From positions 62,001 to 126,000 of IMG/VR virus record IMGVR_UViG_3300035698_007246: a DNA stretch of 64,000 bases; one strand, given 5' to 3'. Positions 31,233-40,691 of this stretch are shown piece by piece. The notes under the pieces were generated by a model. The model did no database searches. It was given only the letters and a program-made list of their open reading frames with translations, and had not been told where the DNA came from. The translations under genes and the position numbers were made by a program. Numbering within the stretch: the stretch's first letter is position 1; each line of letters begins with the position of its first letter.

Positions 31233-31760
31233 ATGATTAATAAAAAAGATTACCAGAAAAAACAATTAACAACTAATAGTAAGAAACCTTGTTATAGGTA
31301 TGATTACTTTGGTAAAGGTGTAACTGTTGTTATTATTTTTGAAGAGAATCAAGGCAAAAGGGCTTATGATATTCAAATCAGTTATGAGGGTGAGACCTAT
31401 AAATATTATTATACTTCTCTTAAAGTTGATAAGCTTATGGTTATAGGTTATGTTACTGAAGGTGTAGAACAATTTATTGTACGTTCTCGTTCACCTTTTA
31501 AGACTGTTAATAATATCATTGAATCAATAGTAAAGACTATGGATTATAAAAAGTGTTACCTGAAAGCAATTAAAAAAACTCAAACGTTATTAAATAATAA
31601 TAACACTATAATAGAAATTTCTAAAGAAATTGAAAGCGATTTTGAATTACTTTCTCAAAAGTTAATGCTTGTTAAGTCTGGTGTAATGTCTACAGTTGAT
31701 TTAATTATATTCCTTGATAATGAAATAGAAAAAACAAACTATCCATATAAGGTAGGATAA
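31233..31760 (+). CDS. hypothetical protein
   Basis: behind promoter repeat. Confidence 0.65.
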   Translation: MINKKDYQKKQLTTNSKKPCYRYDYFGKGVTVVIIFEENQGKRAYDIQISYEGETYKYYYTSLKVDKLMVIGYVTEGVEQFIVRSRSPFKTVNNIIESIVKTMDYKKCYLKAIKKTQTLLNNNNTIIEISKEIESDFELLSQKLMLVKSGVMSTVDLIIFLDNEIEKTNYPYKVG

Positions 31761-32028
31761 TATGTTAAGTGTCCATGCATATTATAATGGCAGAGGGTTT
31801 TCTTTTGAATATGATAATACTCTCTATGAATTTGTTTGTACTGGCTCAGCAACAAATTTTTTAAACAATAAAGGATATACCTCCACTTCCTATATCATTG
31901 AGAATACTAATGTTGTGGGTGTAAGATTTTTTTGTGGAAATAAAATGTAAAAATAACTATTGACTTTGGTTTGTTCCTAAAGTATCTTTTATACGTACTT
32001 AAAAATTAAATAACTTTTTCAAGGGGAT

Positions 32029-32685
32029 ATGATGAGTAGATATTCATACGAATTAAAAACAACGGGAATAACAGCAGAACAAAAAAATGTGGTGGATTCA
32101 TTTATTAACAACATGAAAAAACACCCACAATATAGTGAGCAATCAAACATGGTTGATTATTTGAGTAGTCGAATGAGAGAATTGTGTATTGACCCACATT
32201 CTGAAGGTGTTCCGTTATGGGATAGTAATGCAACTTTACAATTAACTAATTCTTCTGTTGGTTCTTATTGTCCAGATATGTATAAATATTTTAAATTCAT
32301 TTTTGATAATGTCAAACAAAATAAAACACATACAGACGATGGAATATATAAAAATTATTCTGTTCGTAAACAAGGGGATTCTTTATATTTTCGTATCTTT
32401 CAGAATCAATCAGGTAAACATTTTATTGTTCGATATACTAAAAATTGTTTACGAGAAGAGTTTGAGATTGCCAGAGGTAACAGAATAAATGTATTTCGTT
32501 ACTGTGATTGCAGAGACGATAATTTTATTTTTGGTTTTAACTATGAATTTGACAACAATAAAGAGTTTCAATTTGAAGATGATATCTTAATGAACCATAA
32601 TACATTTAAAGATTTGAGATATTTCTGTATACAATTAGTAAATATCTATGACGACCTCAAAGAACAGATAAAAGAAAATGCATAA
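32029..32685 (+). CDS. hypothetical protein
   Basis: behind promoter repeat. Confidence 0.65.
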   Translation: MMSRYSYELKTTGITAEQKNVVDSFINNMKKHPQYSEQSNMVDYLSSRMRELCIDPHSEGVPLWDSNATLQLTNSSVGSYCPDMYKYFKFIFDNVKQNKTHTDDGIYKNYSVRKQGDSLYFRIFQNQSGKHFIVRYTKNCLREEFEIARGNRINVFRYCDCRDDNFIFGFNYEFDNNKEFQFEDDILMNHNTFKDLRYFCIQLVNIYDDLKEQIKENA

Positions 32686-32838
32686 AAAATTATTTAGGTA
32701 TCTTCCTATAAAATATATAGTTACCATATATAAATATTATTCACTATTAAATAATTAATCTTTTCTCTTGACATCTCTTTGCATATAAAGTATCTTTTAT
32801 ACGTACTTAAAATTAATAACTTTTAAAGGAGTGGTGGA

Positions 32839-33204
32839 ATGAACAGACAAGAAAAATTTCAAAACCAAGTAACTAAGTTTGTAACTAAGCATAGAAATAC
32901 AATCAAATCAGATAACCATTATGATTACTGTATTGAAACTATTTACGGTAAACTCTTTATATCTTTACATAGTTTAGATTGTGAAATACCTCTTTCAAAA
33001 TTGTATAGTGTATTCTGTCGTTTTGAATTTCCTGAACTGGTTACCAATAAAAATATAAGAAATCAAATGAATCTTAATTCTGGTAAATGGAATTTTCATA
33101 ACTCTGATAGAAAGATAATGTATAATACTTTCAAAGGCTGGATAGCTTTTATATGTCTTAAGAATCAACCATTAATAACAAAATGGGAAAACATGGTAAA
33201 GTAA
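32839..33204 (+). CDS. hypothetical phage protein
   Basis: IETIYGKL...VFCRFE...NSGKWNFH. Confidence 0.65.
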   Translation: MNRQEKFQNQVTKFVTKHRNTIKSDNHYDYCIETIYGKLFISLHSLDCEIPLSKLYSVFCRFEFPELVTNKNIRNQMNLNSGKWNFHNSDRKIMYNTFKGWIAFICLKNQPLITKWENMVK

Positions 33205-33641
33205 TGAATGCAAAGTATTATTACTATTCAATCAAAACTTCAAAGGGTAAATTCAACGTGTGTGTGATGGAAAGAAATACATACACATTGAATCAATTCA
33301 ATCAAAAATTAATATCACTTAATGAATTGTGTGACCATGATAAATATATAGTCACAACAGAACAAAAACAATTCAATGAATCTATACAATATAATAAAGA
33401 CTTTGGTTTGTTTTCTATTGGTGGAATTAAACTAATATTTAAATATACTGCACTCCCAGTGTTAAAAGTTTTGTTCGCTGTTTTAAAGTACTTCTATGCA
33501 ATCACAGCACAAAGTTTTATAGATGTCTGTTCCTGGCTTAAAGGTATCTTGATTAAAATATTTTCATTCCTGTTTAAAATTGCAATCGTTGCAGGGATTA
33601 TATTTATTATTTATTACATCGTAACTCATTATTATATATAA
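33183..33641 (+). CDS. membrane protein
   Basis: C-terminal hydrophobic segments. Confidence 0.55.
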   Translation: MGKHGKVMNAKYYYYSIKTSKGKFNVCVMERNTYTLNQFNQKLISLNELCDHDKYIVTTEQKQFNESIQYNKDFGLFSIGGIKLIFKYTALPVLKVLFAVLKYFYAITAQSFIDVCSWLKGILIKIFSFLFKIAIVAGIIFIIYYIVTHYYI

Positions 33642-33750
33642 AGATGTACTCCCCTATCAAAAATAATAAAAGAAATACCTTGACTTTGTTTTGTTCCTAA
33701 AGTATCTTTTATACGTACTAAACAATTGAACTTAAACAAAAGGAAACACG

Positions 33751-33993
33751 ATGAAAAAATTAAATTATAATCCAAATAATCCAGATGATTACAATAGATT
33801 AATAAACGATTTTTATATAATGGTTACTGAAGAGAATGAAACTATTATGAATAATATAATGAAAGATTGTATTAAACAAAATAACGATGTTACAAAAACA
33901 ATGAAAAGGGGACTTGATTTAATTAAACAACGATGCATTGACACTGATAATATTCACATGTGGATACGTTTCAATAAAAAAGCATTTAATTAA
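33751..33993 (+). CDS. hypothetical protein
   Basis: behind promoter repeat. Confidence 0.6.
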   Translation: MKKLNYNPNNPDDYNRLINDFYIMVTEENETIMNNIMKDCIKQNNDVTKTMKRGLDLIKQRCIDTDNIHMWIRFNKKAFN

Positions 33994-34075
33994 TCTTTTC
34001 TCTTGACTTTGTTTTGTTCCTAAAGTATCTTTTATACGTACTTAAAATTAATAACTTTTTTAAAGGAGTGATGAA

Positions 34076-34555
34076 ATGGGTTTAAAATATTTAATAAGTA
34101 TCATTAATAAATGTGAGCTGGTAAATGAATACACTTATCAAACAGAAATTAAAAACGCTAACAATTTTTGTTTAACATTACATAACAAGAAATCTAAAAT
34201 TGATTTATTTATTATGTTCAAACACGAACATAATTTAATTAATATTTATATTAAGAATGGACATGTTGCAATAATTCTGAACAATGACAATTTAAATCTA
34301 TTAAAATTACATCTAATCGAAAAATTTAAAATTCCATTTCCTGTTGAATTTTGTTTGTGGTTCTCAAGTTGTTGTATGAATTCGACCAAACATTATAAAT
34401 ATGGAAACCACCAATTAACAAACATACAATACAGGAAATCAACACAAGATTATAAAAACAAACTTAATAAAAATATTATCACTTCTTTTAAATCTTCTGA
34501 AGATGATTTTAAATCTTTAATTAAAAAACTTGATTCTTTTAAAAAAGGAATGTAA
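34076..34555 (+). CDS. hypothetical protein
   Basis: behind promoter repeat. Confidence 0.6.
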   Translation: MGLKYLISIINKCELVNEYTYQTEIKNANNFCLTLHNKKSKIDLFIMFKHEHNLINIYIKNGHVAIILNNDNLNLLKLHLIEKFKIPFPVEFCLWFSSCCMNSTKHYKYGNHQLTNIQYRKSTQDYKNKLNKNIITSFKSSEDDFKSLIKKLDSFKKGM

Positions 34556-34806
34556 TAAAATGTTAAATAACGATACATTAAAAACTAATCCTACAATTAT
34601 GACTATCATTATTAATATTCAAACGATGTCAAAAATGAAAGGTAACGAAAAAACTTTTGATGAATTGGAAAATAAAACATATCAAGAGCTTAGTATAATT
34701 CAAGATTCTTTAATTAGAAAATTAAAATAAATACCTTGACTTTGTTTTATTCCTAAAGTATCTTTTATACGTACAAAACAATTGAACTTAAACAAAAGGA
34801 AACACT

Positions 34807-35139
34807 ATGAAAGAATTAAATTATATGATGCTTGGTAGATTACAATCTGATTGTGAATGTTTAAAATATTTATGGGCTAATGATGAACAAGAACAAATCA
34901 ATGGAAACATGACGAACGGAACAAATTATATGATGCTTAGTAGATTACAATCTGATTGTGAATATTATCTCAATGCTGGTGGTAGATGTTTAAAATATTT
35001 ATGGGCTAATGATGAACAAGAACAAATCAATGAAATGAAAAAACAGTATAATTTGATACCAACAGATAAAAAACCGGAATGGTTGACATATAAACAAATA
35101 GAAGAGTATGAAAAACTCATGGTTAAAAAGGATAATTAA
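34807..35139 (+). CDS. LPD11-like domain protein with partial N-terminal duplication
   Basis: YMMLSRLQSDCEYYL...LWA...QI...KPEWLT...YEK. Confidence 0.7.
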   Translation: MKELNYMMLGRLQSDCECLKYLWANDEQEQINGNMTNGTNYMMLSRLQSDCEYYLNAGGRCLKYLWANDEQEQINEMKKQYNLIPTDKKPEWLTYKQIEEYEKLMVKKDN

Positions 35140-35142
35140 AAA

Positions 35143-35514
35143 ATGACTTACAATCTTAAAAAAATATTATACAACAGAACAACAAACAAGATTCAACAAC
35201 AAAAGGTTTTAATTATGAATGAATGTAAAGATATAATAAAAATTAATGCATCAAATTTAACAATGGAAGAGATATCTTTCACCAACACAACAAACAAGTT
35301 TTGTAAATTTCATATATCATTTAATACTAAAACTAATATGGTTCATGCTCTAAGAAATATAATGGTTTCTGACTCTGGTTTCTATTCAATGATTAAAAGT
35401 AAGAAGATTGATTTATATACCTATGATGAATTAATAAAAGAAATTAAAAAGTATCACAAAATAAAAAAGATTAATATTAAACCTGTATATTGTAATTTTT
35501 CTTTTCACAATTAG
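35143..35514 (+). CDS. hypothetical protein
   Basis: ORF in operon. Confidence 0.55.
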   Translation: MTYNLKKILYNRTTNKIQQQKVLIMNECKDIIKINASNLTMEEISFTNTTNKFCKFHISFNTKTNMVHALRNIMVSDSGFYSMIKSKKIDLYTYDELIKEIKKYHKIKKINIKPVYCNFSFHN

Positions 35515-35757
35515 AGGAGCAACAACAAAATGAAAGATATAATTTATATAAGCAACGACCGAAAATTATACACATTACTTTTAAGACTATTCAAAAAAAT
35601 ACAAATATCTTTAAAATTATTTCACATCATAACCACCTGTCATTCATATAGTTACAACAAACTATAAAAATAAATTAAAAAGTACTTGCTTTTAAAATTG
35701 TATTAAAGTATCTTTTATACATCGAAAGAAACAAAACAATTTAAAACAAAAGGAAAC

Positions 35758-36435
35758 ATGATGAAAGATACTAAAAAGATAACAGATAAAAACACAAAAA
35801 AAGGAACAATCAAAATTGCTGGTCTTGAATTAACATTAGGTAATTCAAAACTTCCAATAACTACAGCAATTCTCAATATGGGAACTGCACACAATTGCCC
35901 CTCTGATAAATGTGGTCTTTGTCCTTTTGGTATCAATGGCAAAGGGAGATTAAAAAACAAATGTTATGCATTAAAATCTGAATACATGTATGTAAATACA
36001 AAATTAATGAGAGAACGTCAAGAAAAATATTGGTTAGAAACTCCAACAAAAACAATCGTTGATCATTTCAATTATGCTTTCCAAACTGGCAAAAAAGGAA
36101 AAGAAATAAACGCCGTAAGATTTAATGAATCCGGTGATTTTCATTCAAAGGAATGTCTTACAAAACTTAAGAAGATTGCAAAGGCATTCCCAAACATAGA
36201 ATTTTATACATATACTCATAGAAGTGATATAATGAAAAGTGTAACAGTAAACAGTTTACCTACAAACTTGAATATTAATCTTTCTTATGTTAATAATAAA
36301 AAAGGTTTCAATACTTTCTGTCTTGATACTCAATTCAAACCAGAAACAAAAACATTAACTTGCACCAAATGTTTTAAAGGCTGCACCCTCTGCCATAAAG
36401 CTAAAGGTTTAAACATTGCTGTAAAAATTCACTAA
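35758..36435 (+). CDS. Gp88-like Cys-rich phage protein
   Basis: GNSKL, CPS..CxxC..CYA, VRFNESGDF, FYTYT, C-terminal CxxC. Confidence 0.7.
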   Translation: MMKDTKKITDKNTKKGTIKIAGLELTLGNSKLPITTAILNMGTAHNCPSDKCGLCPFGINGKGRLKNKCYALKSEYMYVNTKLMRERQEKYWLETPTKTIVDHFNYAFQTGKKGKEINAVRFNESGDFHSKECLTKLKKIAKAFPNIEFYTYTHRSDIMKSVTVNSLPTNLNINLSYVNNKKGFNTFCLDTQFKPETKTLTCTKCFKGCTLCHKAKGLNIAVKIH

Positions 36436-36567
36436 GATAATTCAAGGGGAGCAATCCTCTAATTAAATTAAATTAAATTAAACCTTGACACTAATTATAC
36501 ATTAATATATCTTTATTACAGACAATGAAATTAAATTAAATTAAATTAAAACATAAAGGATGTAAAA

Positions 36568-36846
36568 ATGAATAAGTATCAAAATTTAGTTACACAACAC
36601 AATACAATATCAAAAAATATTATTTCTTCGTTAAAATTAGAAATAAATGAAAGTAACATTAAATCAAAATACATAAATTGTAATGCACTTCCCGTTAATG
36701 TATTTGATTATGATGAATTAGTTGTTGTGAATGATGAACTCACGTTTTTAGATGAATATGGAAATCATTATTCATTATATGCTAAATGTATTAATAATGA
36801 TTTAATTGAAATTTTATATAATATTGCAGACTTGAAAATAAATTAA
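36568..36846 (+). CDS. hypothetical protein
   Basis: behind promoter repeat. Confidence 0.6.
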   Translation: MNKYQNLVTQHNTISKNIISSLKLEINESNIKSKYINCNALPVNVFDYDELVVVNDELTFLDEYGNHYSLYAKCINNDLIEILYNIADLKIN

Positions 36847-36901
36847 ACCTTGACACCAATTATATCTTTATTACAGACAATGAAACAAAGGATAAAACAA
36901 A

Positions 36902-37132
36902 ATGAAACAATCTTTTAAAGACCTTGCTCAAAGAAGAGAGAACGCCCGTGAACGTTTTATTGATGTGATGATAGAACAATATCAGTTCACCAAAGAACAA
37001 GCACAACAGATACTTAAAACGTATCTTAAATTAAAGCTGGTTAAACTCTCTCCCAATGATGGACAATTCAATATTAAACATGGTGCATATATGGATAAAG
37101 CTGTACTTAAACGTGCATTGATTGTTGGATAG
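36902..37132 (+). CDS. hypothetical protein
   Basis: AAGGA RBS. Confidence 0.65.
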   Translation: MKQSFKDLAQRRENARERFIDVMIEQYQFTKEQAQQILKTYLKLKLVKLSPNDGQFNIKHGAYMDKAVLKRALIVG

Positions 37133-37529
37133 ATAAGAAACTATCTGATAAAATAAATAATGACGTTATAGAATTAACTCCCCAGAAAGGGCTTTAAAAT
37201 GATTGGTATACTCTTTGCTGTCTGGTTCTCCATCGCTATTATTCTTATGGGAATGATTAACCAAATCTCTATTATAGTGCTGTCTAACAAATCACCAGAG
37301 GAAAAAATAAAACTATTACAACTATTCTGTTCTAAAAATATAATCAATACCATGATTAAATACTATAAATTTAATAAAGCACTCAAAACTATATCCAAAA
37401 TAGTTAAGAAGGACAAACAAAATGAAACACTACTGTAAAATAATTAATCTTTTCTCTTGACACTAATTATACATTAATATATCTTTATTACAGATTAAAA
37501 TTTGAAATAACTTTAACAAAGGATTAAAA

Positions 37530-37799
37530 ATGAATAATTTAATTAGGTATCAAGTAAAAATTAAAAATACTGAAATTATAAAAATTGTATCTTTTTCAAA
37601 AACACAAAAAAGAAATGATGTTATTAAAAAATTTACTACATTATTAAATTTAGATACAACAGGCAGTAATAACGAATACATTATTAAACAAATTAATTGT
37701 AAAACTTGTACAGAATTTAATAGTTATATACACACTTGTGGTTTAGATAATACAATGACTAAATCACTTGATTCTTGTATTGAATGGAAAAAAAGATAA
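37530..37799 (+). CDS. hypothetical Cys-containing protein
   Basis: CKTC...C...C; behind promoter repeat. Confidence 0.55.
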   Translation: MNNLIRYQVKIKNTEIIKIVSFSKTQKRNDVIKKFTTLLNLDTTGSNNEYIIKQINCKTCTEFNSYIHTCGLDNTMTKSLDSCIEWKKR

Positions 37800-38039
37800 A
37801 GATAAAAATGTTTAAATTTAAACTAAGGAGTAAAACAAAATGATAAAATTATGTGTCGGTTCAATCGCTTTCCTTATCTATGCTGTTAGTATCTTACTTG
37901 ATAAAGACCTAAAACAAAAAGGAAAGATGTATTTTAAACAGTTTTGGAATGTTAAAAAACCAATAGGCATTATTGGAGTAGTCTCATTTGTGATATTTAC
38001 TATTACCAAAGCGTTCACCCAACACAAAAGGAAACTATA

Positions 38040-38460
38040 ATATTTCTATATATGTTCAATAAATGTACAAACTATGTACATAAAATGTACTTAAGACATT
38101 ACCAAAACCTATCTTATCTATTGGTAATGTCTTACAAGATATCATGTAAAAAATACCACATAATAGGGGTAACTCCCTGTGTGTGGTGTATACAATAAAT
38201 GTACATTACATAAAGGGTGGATACTGCTGGTGATGTCGCTCTGTTTAGATAATCTGCAAAGACATCACCGCAATTTTAACAGCCCAGAATGATTATATTA
38301 CGATATTCGAAATCTTTCTCGACGACGTTTGTATATTATGATTATTTTATATATTGAAATTACGTTATTCGTAATATATTTACAAATACCATTCTCATGA
38401 TGTCAATAAACTATTGGTATGATATTCTCCATAGCAATTCTTATACCAATAAAAATAAAA
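38040..38460. other. non-coding region rich in inverted repeats
   Basis: 14-bp IR 38092-38134; IRs 38155-38189, 38229-38269, 38413-38451; phased ATGTAC repeats. Confidence 0.7.
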
Positions 38461-38771
38461 TAAAACAAGAAATGTCTTGACATCATTTTGTTATTAAAGT
38501 ATCTTTAATACATAGAAATAAATTAAACATAAACAAAGGAAAAAACAAATGTTCAAAACAATAACAACAATTTTAATAATCATTTCCCTTTCATGTATTG
38601 CTATAATGGACGACAATGATAAAAAAGAAATGATGTCAAGTATTGATTCATTCAGAAATAATACTCATGAAACTATTTTAAATAAATTAAAATAACTATT
38701 GACATCATTTAAACATTAAAGTATCTTTAATACATAGAAATAAATTAAACATAAACAAAGGATAATATACT

Positions 38772-39029
38772 ATGAAAACGATTATATGTTCTACTACAAC
38801 ACAAAAAAAGAAATATGATCACAATGTTACAGCAAAAGTATATCGTATTAAAAATAACGTTCCCATTTTAATTGGACTGTGTGAATGGAATACCGGAAGT
38901 TGTAAAGGAACACTAAACGAAGTCTTTTCCTTTTTATTTGAACAAAAATTAATATCTAAAAAAGAATATAACAAATATAATCAATATTATATTCATGGAG
39001 AAAATAATATTAATATTATTGAAGTATAA
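38772..39029 (+). CDS. hypothetical protein
   Basis: behind promoter repeat. Confidence 0.6.
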   Translation: MKTIICSTTTQKKKYDHNVTAKVYRIKNNVPILIGLCEWNTGSCKGTLNEVFSFLFEQKLISKKEYNKYNQYYIHGENNINIIEV

Positions 39030-39039
39030 TAATTTACAA

Positions 39040-39164
39040 ATTTGACATCCTTATTTTATACAGTTGATAAAAATTATAAGGATGTCAAATCAATAAGTTA
39101 CAAAAAATGTCTTTAAGAGTCGTGTATAAAATAATATATGAAATGGTTATATTATTTTATACAC
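39040..39164. repeat. two perfect inverted repeats (15 bp and 17 bp) plus IHF-consensus box
   Basis: ATTTGACATCCTTAT/ATAAGGATGTCAAAT; GTGTATAAAATAATATA/TATATTATTTTATACAC; AATCAATAAGTTA at 39088-39100. Confidence 0.8.
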
Positions 39165-39257
39165 TAAAAATAAAATAAGAAATGTCTTGACATCATTTAA
39201 ATTATAATATATCTTTAATACGTAATAAAAAATAACAAATTTTTCAAAGGATTTAAA

Positions 39258-39833
39258 ATGACTACTTCAAAATTATACTTCAAATCAGACGAACAATTAT
39301 TAAATGCTGTTACTGTTGCTACACTTGGTAAAGGTCAATCATTCGCAAGTCTTACAGCAACGACATCACCAAAATGTACAAAGAAGCACAGAGTATCAAA
39401 AGATTTGTTCGACACAATATTTACTGGTGCTGTATACAAAACAACTGTTACAACGTGCAACATAAATGTAAAATATGAAAATGCTGTTAACAATCAATTA
39501 AAGCGGGAAGGTATGAATCAATTGACATTTGCTGGTGAGACTTTGCCTTATGGTGAGTGGGTTGATGGTCTTGAAAATATAGTAATTGTTCACAATGAGT
39601 CATATCAGTTACGTTACTTTGTGGGTATGAATGACAATAAGCCAAGTGTGGTATATCACTATGCAAACGGTGTTGAGCTAACTGAGTGGGAACGTGAACA
39701 GCTCAATGGGTTCCTTCCTAAAAAATATGCTGCTAAGAACCAAGGCACTGATAAGGAAATCAAACCTCGTAATGTAAAGTTTGCTGGTGTAGTTGAATTG
39801 AAATTAAATGGACAGCACTTAGTACGTAAATAA
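39258..39833 (+). CDS. hypothetical phage protein
   Basis: YENAVNNQLKREG...LPYGEW; promoter at 39187. Confidence 0.75.
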   Translation: MTTSKLYFKSDEQLLNAVTVATLGKGQSFASLTATTSPKCTKKHRVSKDLFDTIFTGAVYKTTVTTCNINVKYENAVNNQLKREGMNQLTFAGETLPYGEWVDGLENIVIVHNESYQLRYFVGMNDNKPSVVYHYANGVELTEWEREQLNGFLPKKYAAKNQGTDKEIKPRNVKFAGVVELKLNGQHLVRK

Positions 39834-39847
39834 AAACTTGTAAACCC

Positions 39848-39877
39848 GAAACGTTCAAGACATCTCTTGAACGTTTC
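39848..39877 (+). terminator. hairpin after gene
   Basis: GAAACGTTCAAGA-CATC-TCTTGAACGTTTC. Confidence 0.6.
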
Positions 39878-40225
39878 ACAACACTTTTATAATGGAGATT
39901 TAAAATGAATGACAACGAAATGAATGAATATCTTGACGATAGTTTAAATTTAAGTGATGATGAAAAACTGTTAAGTGAATGTAGTAATGATGATGATATG
40001 TTGATTTTAAATGAAAGTCAAGGTCAAGACAATGAGTAAGATGATTAAAAGGATTAAACGAATGAATACAAACGAACAAATCAATACATCACTTAAAACC
40101 TCCATTGGTATAGTATGTGGCTTATTTGTATTCATCCTTATACTAAACTATATCTTTGCATGTTTTAATAGCTGTACCGCTCTGCAATACATCGAGACAT
40201 CATTACAAAGAATGTATTAATTCAC

Positions 40226-40491
40226 TGGCATAGTATTTGATTCAAAGCAAGTATCATACCAATGATGTCTTGACATGATACGACATCATTTAAAAACTGG
40301 CACACTTATTGACCTTAGCAAGTACCATGCCAATATAAAACTAAGGAATCCCTCTGATAATTCTACCATACCAAGAACTGTACACATCTCGGTGATGTCC
40401 TATATGTCAAGAACCATAGTAGAAATAGTTGGCACGATATTTGCCCAGAGCAAACCCTGTGCCACCCCTGCCCAAAGCAATAACCATGCCA
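40226..40491. promoter_or_regulatory. cluster of sigma54 (-24/-12)-like sites in inverted pairs
   Basis: TGGYA-N6-TTGC on - strand at 40247-61, 40318-32, 40450-64, 40477-91; + strand partners at 40226-40, 40298-312, 40430-44. Confidence 0.7.
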
Positions 40492-40524
40492 GGACCTTGG
40501 AATTCGCTATATATGGTGTTTTGA

Positions 40525-40690
40525 GGGGGACCCCCGGGGGCGGAATCAATGCCCGACCCTGTGTTTTGACATCCATGAGAATCAAAGAGAATCAAAGAGA
40601 ATCACTCCCAAAATAAAAATTTTTACAATATATTTCGACATCACTGAGAATCATTTACAGAATAAAAATTTTTACAATTTTTTTGGAAAT
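40525..40690. repeat. GGGGGACCCCCGGGGG motif, GAGAATCAAA tandem repeats and AATAAAAATTTTTACAAT x2 at the strand switch
   Basis: read directly. Confidence 0.75.
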
Positions 40691-40691
40691 G

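Larger units (their letters stand above)
27375..39220 (+). repeat. dense array of 17 early-promoter repeat cassettes, each followed by 1-3 small genes
   Basis: -35 box at 27375, 28527, 29263, 29997, 31173, 31960, 32768, 33680, 34003, 34736, 35686, 36485, 36850, 37457, 38477, 38699, 39187, each followed by TATCTT or TATATT. Confidence 0.9.

Noticed and set aside
27375-39260. Integron cassette array or CRISPR
   Set aside because: Repeats are promoter-shaped, lack attC inverted structure, and no integrase is in the window.
40226-40491. CRISPR array
   Set aside because: Units are degenerate and irregularly spaced, conserve only the GG-N10-GC pattern, and no cas genes are present.
40275-40616. 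113-aa plus-strand ORF and overlapping minus ORFs
   Set aside because: No RBS and atypical composition; coincides with the GC-richer repeat/regulatory block.
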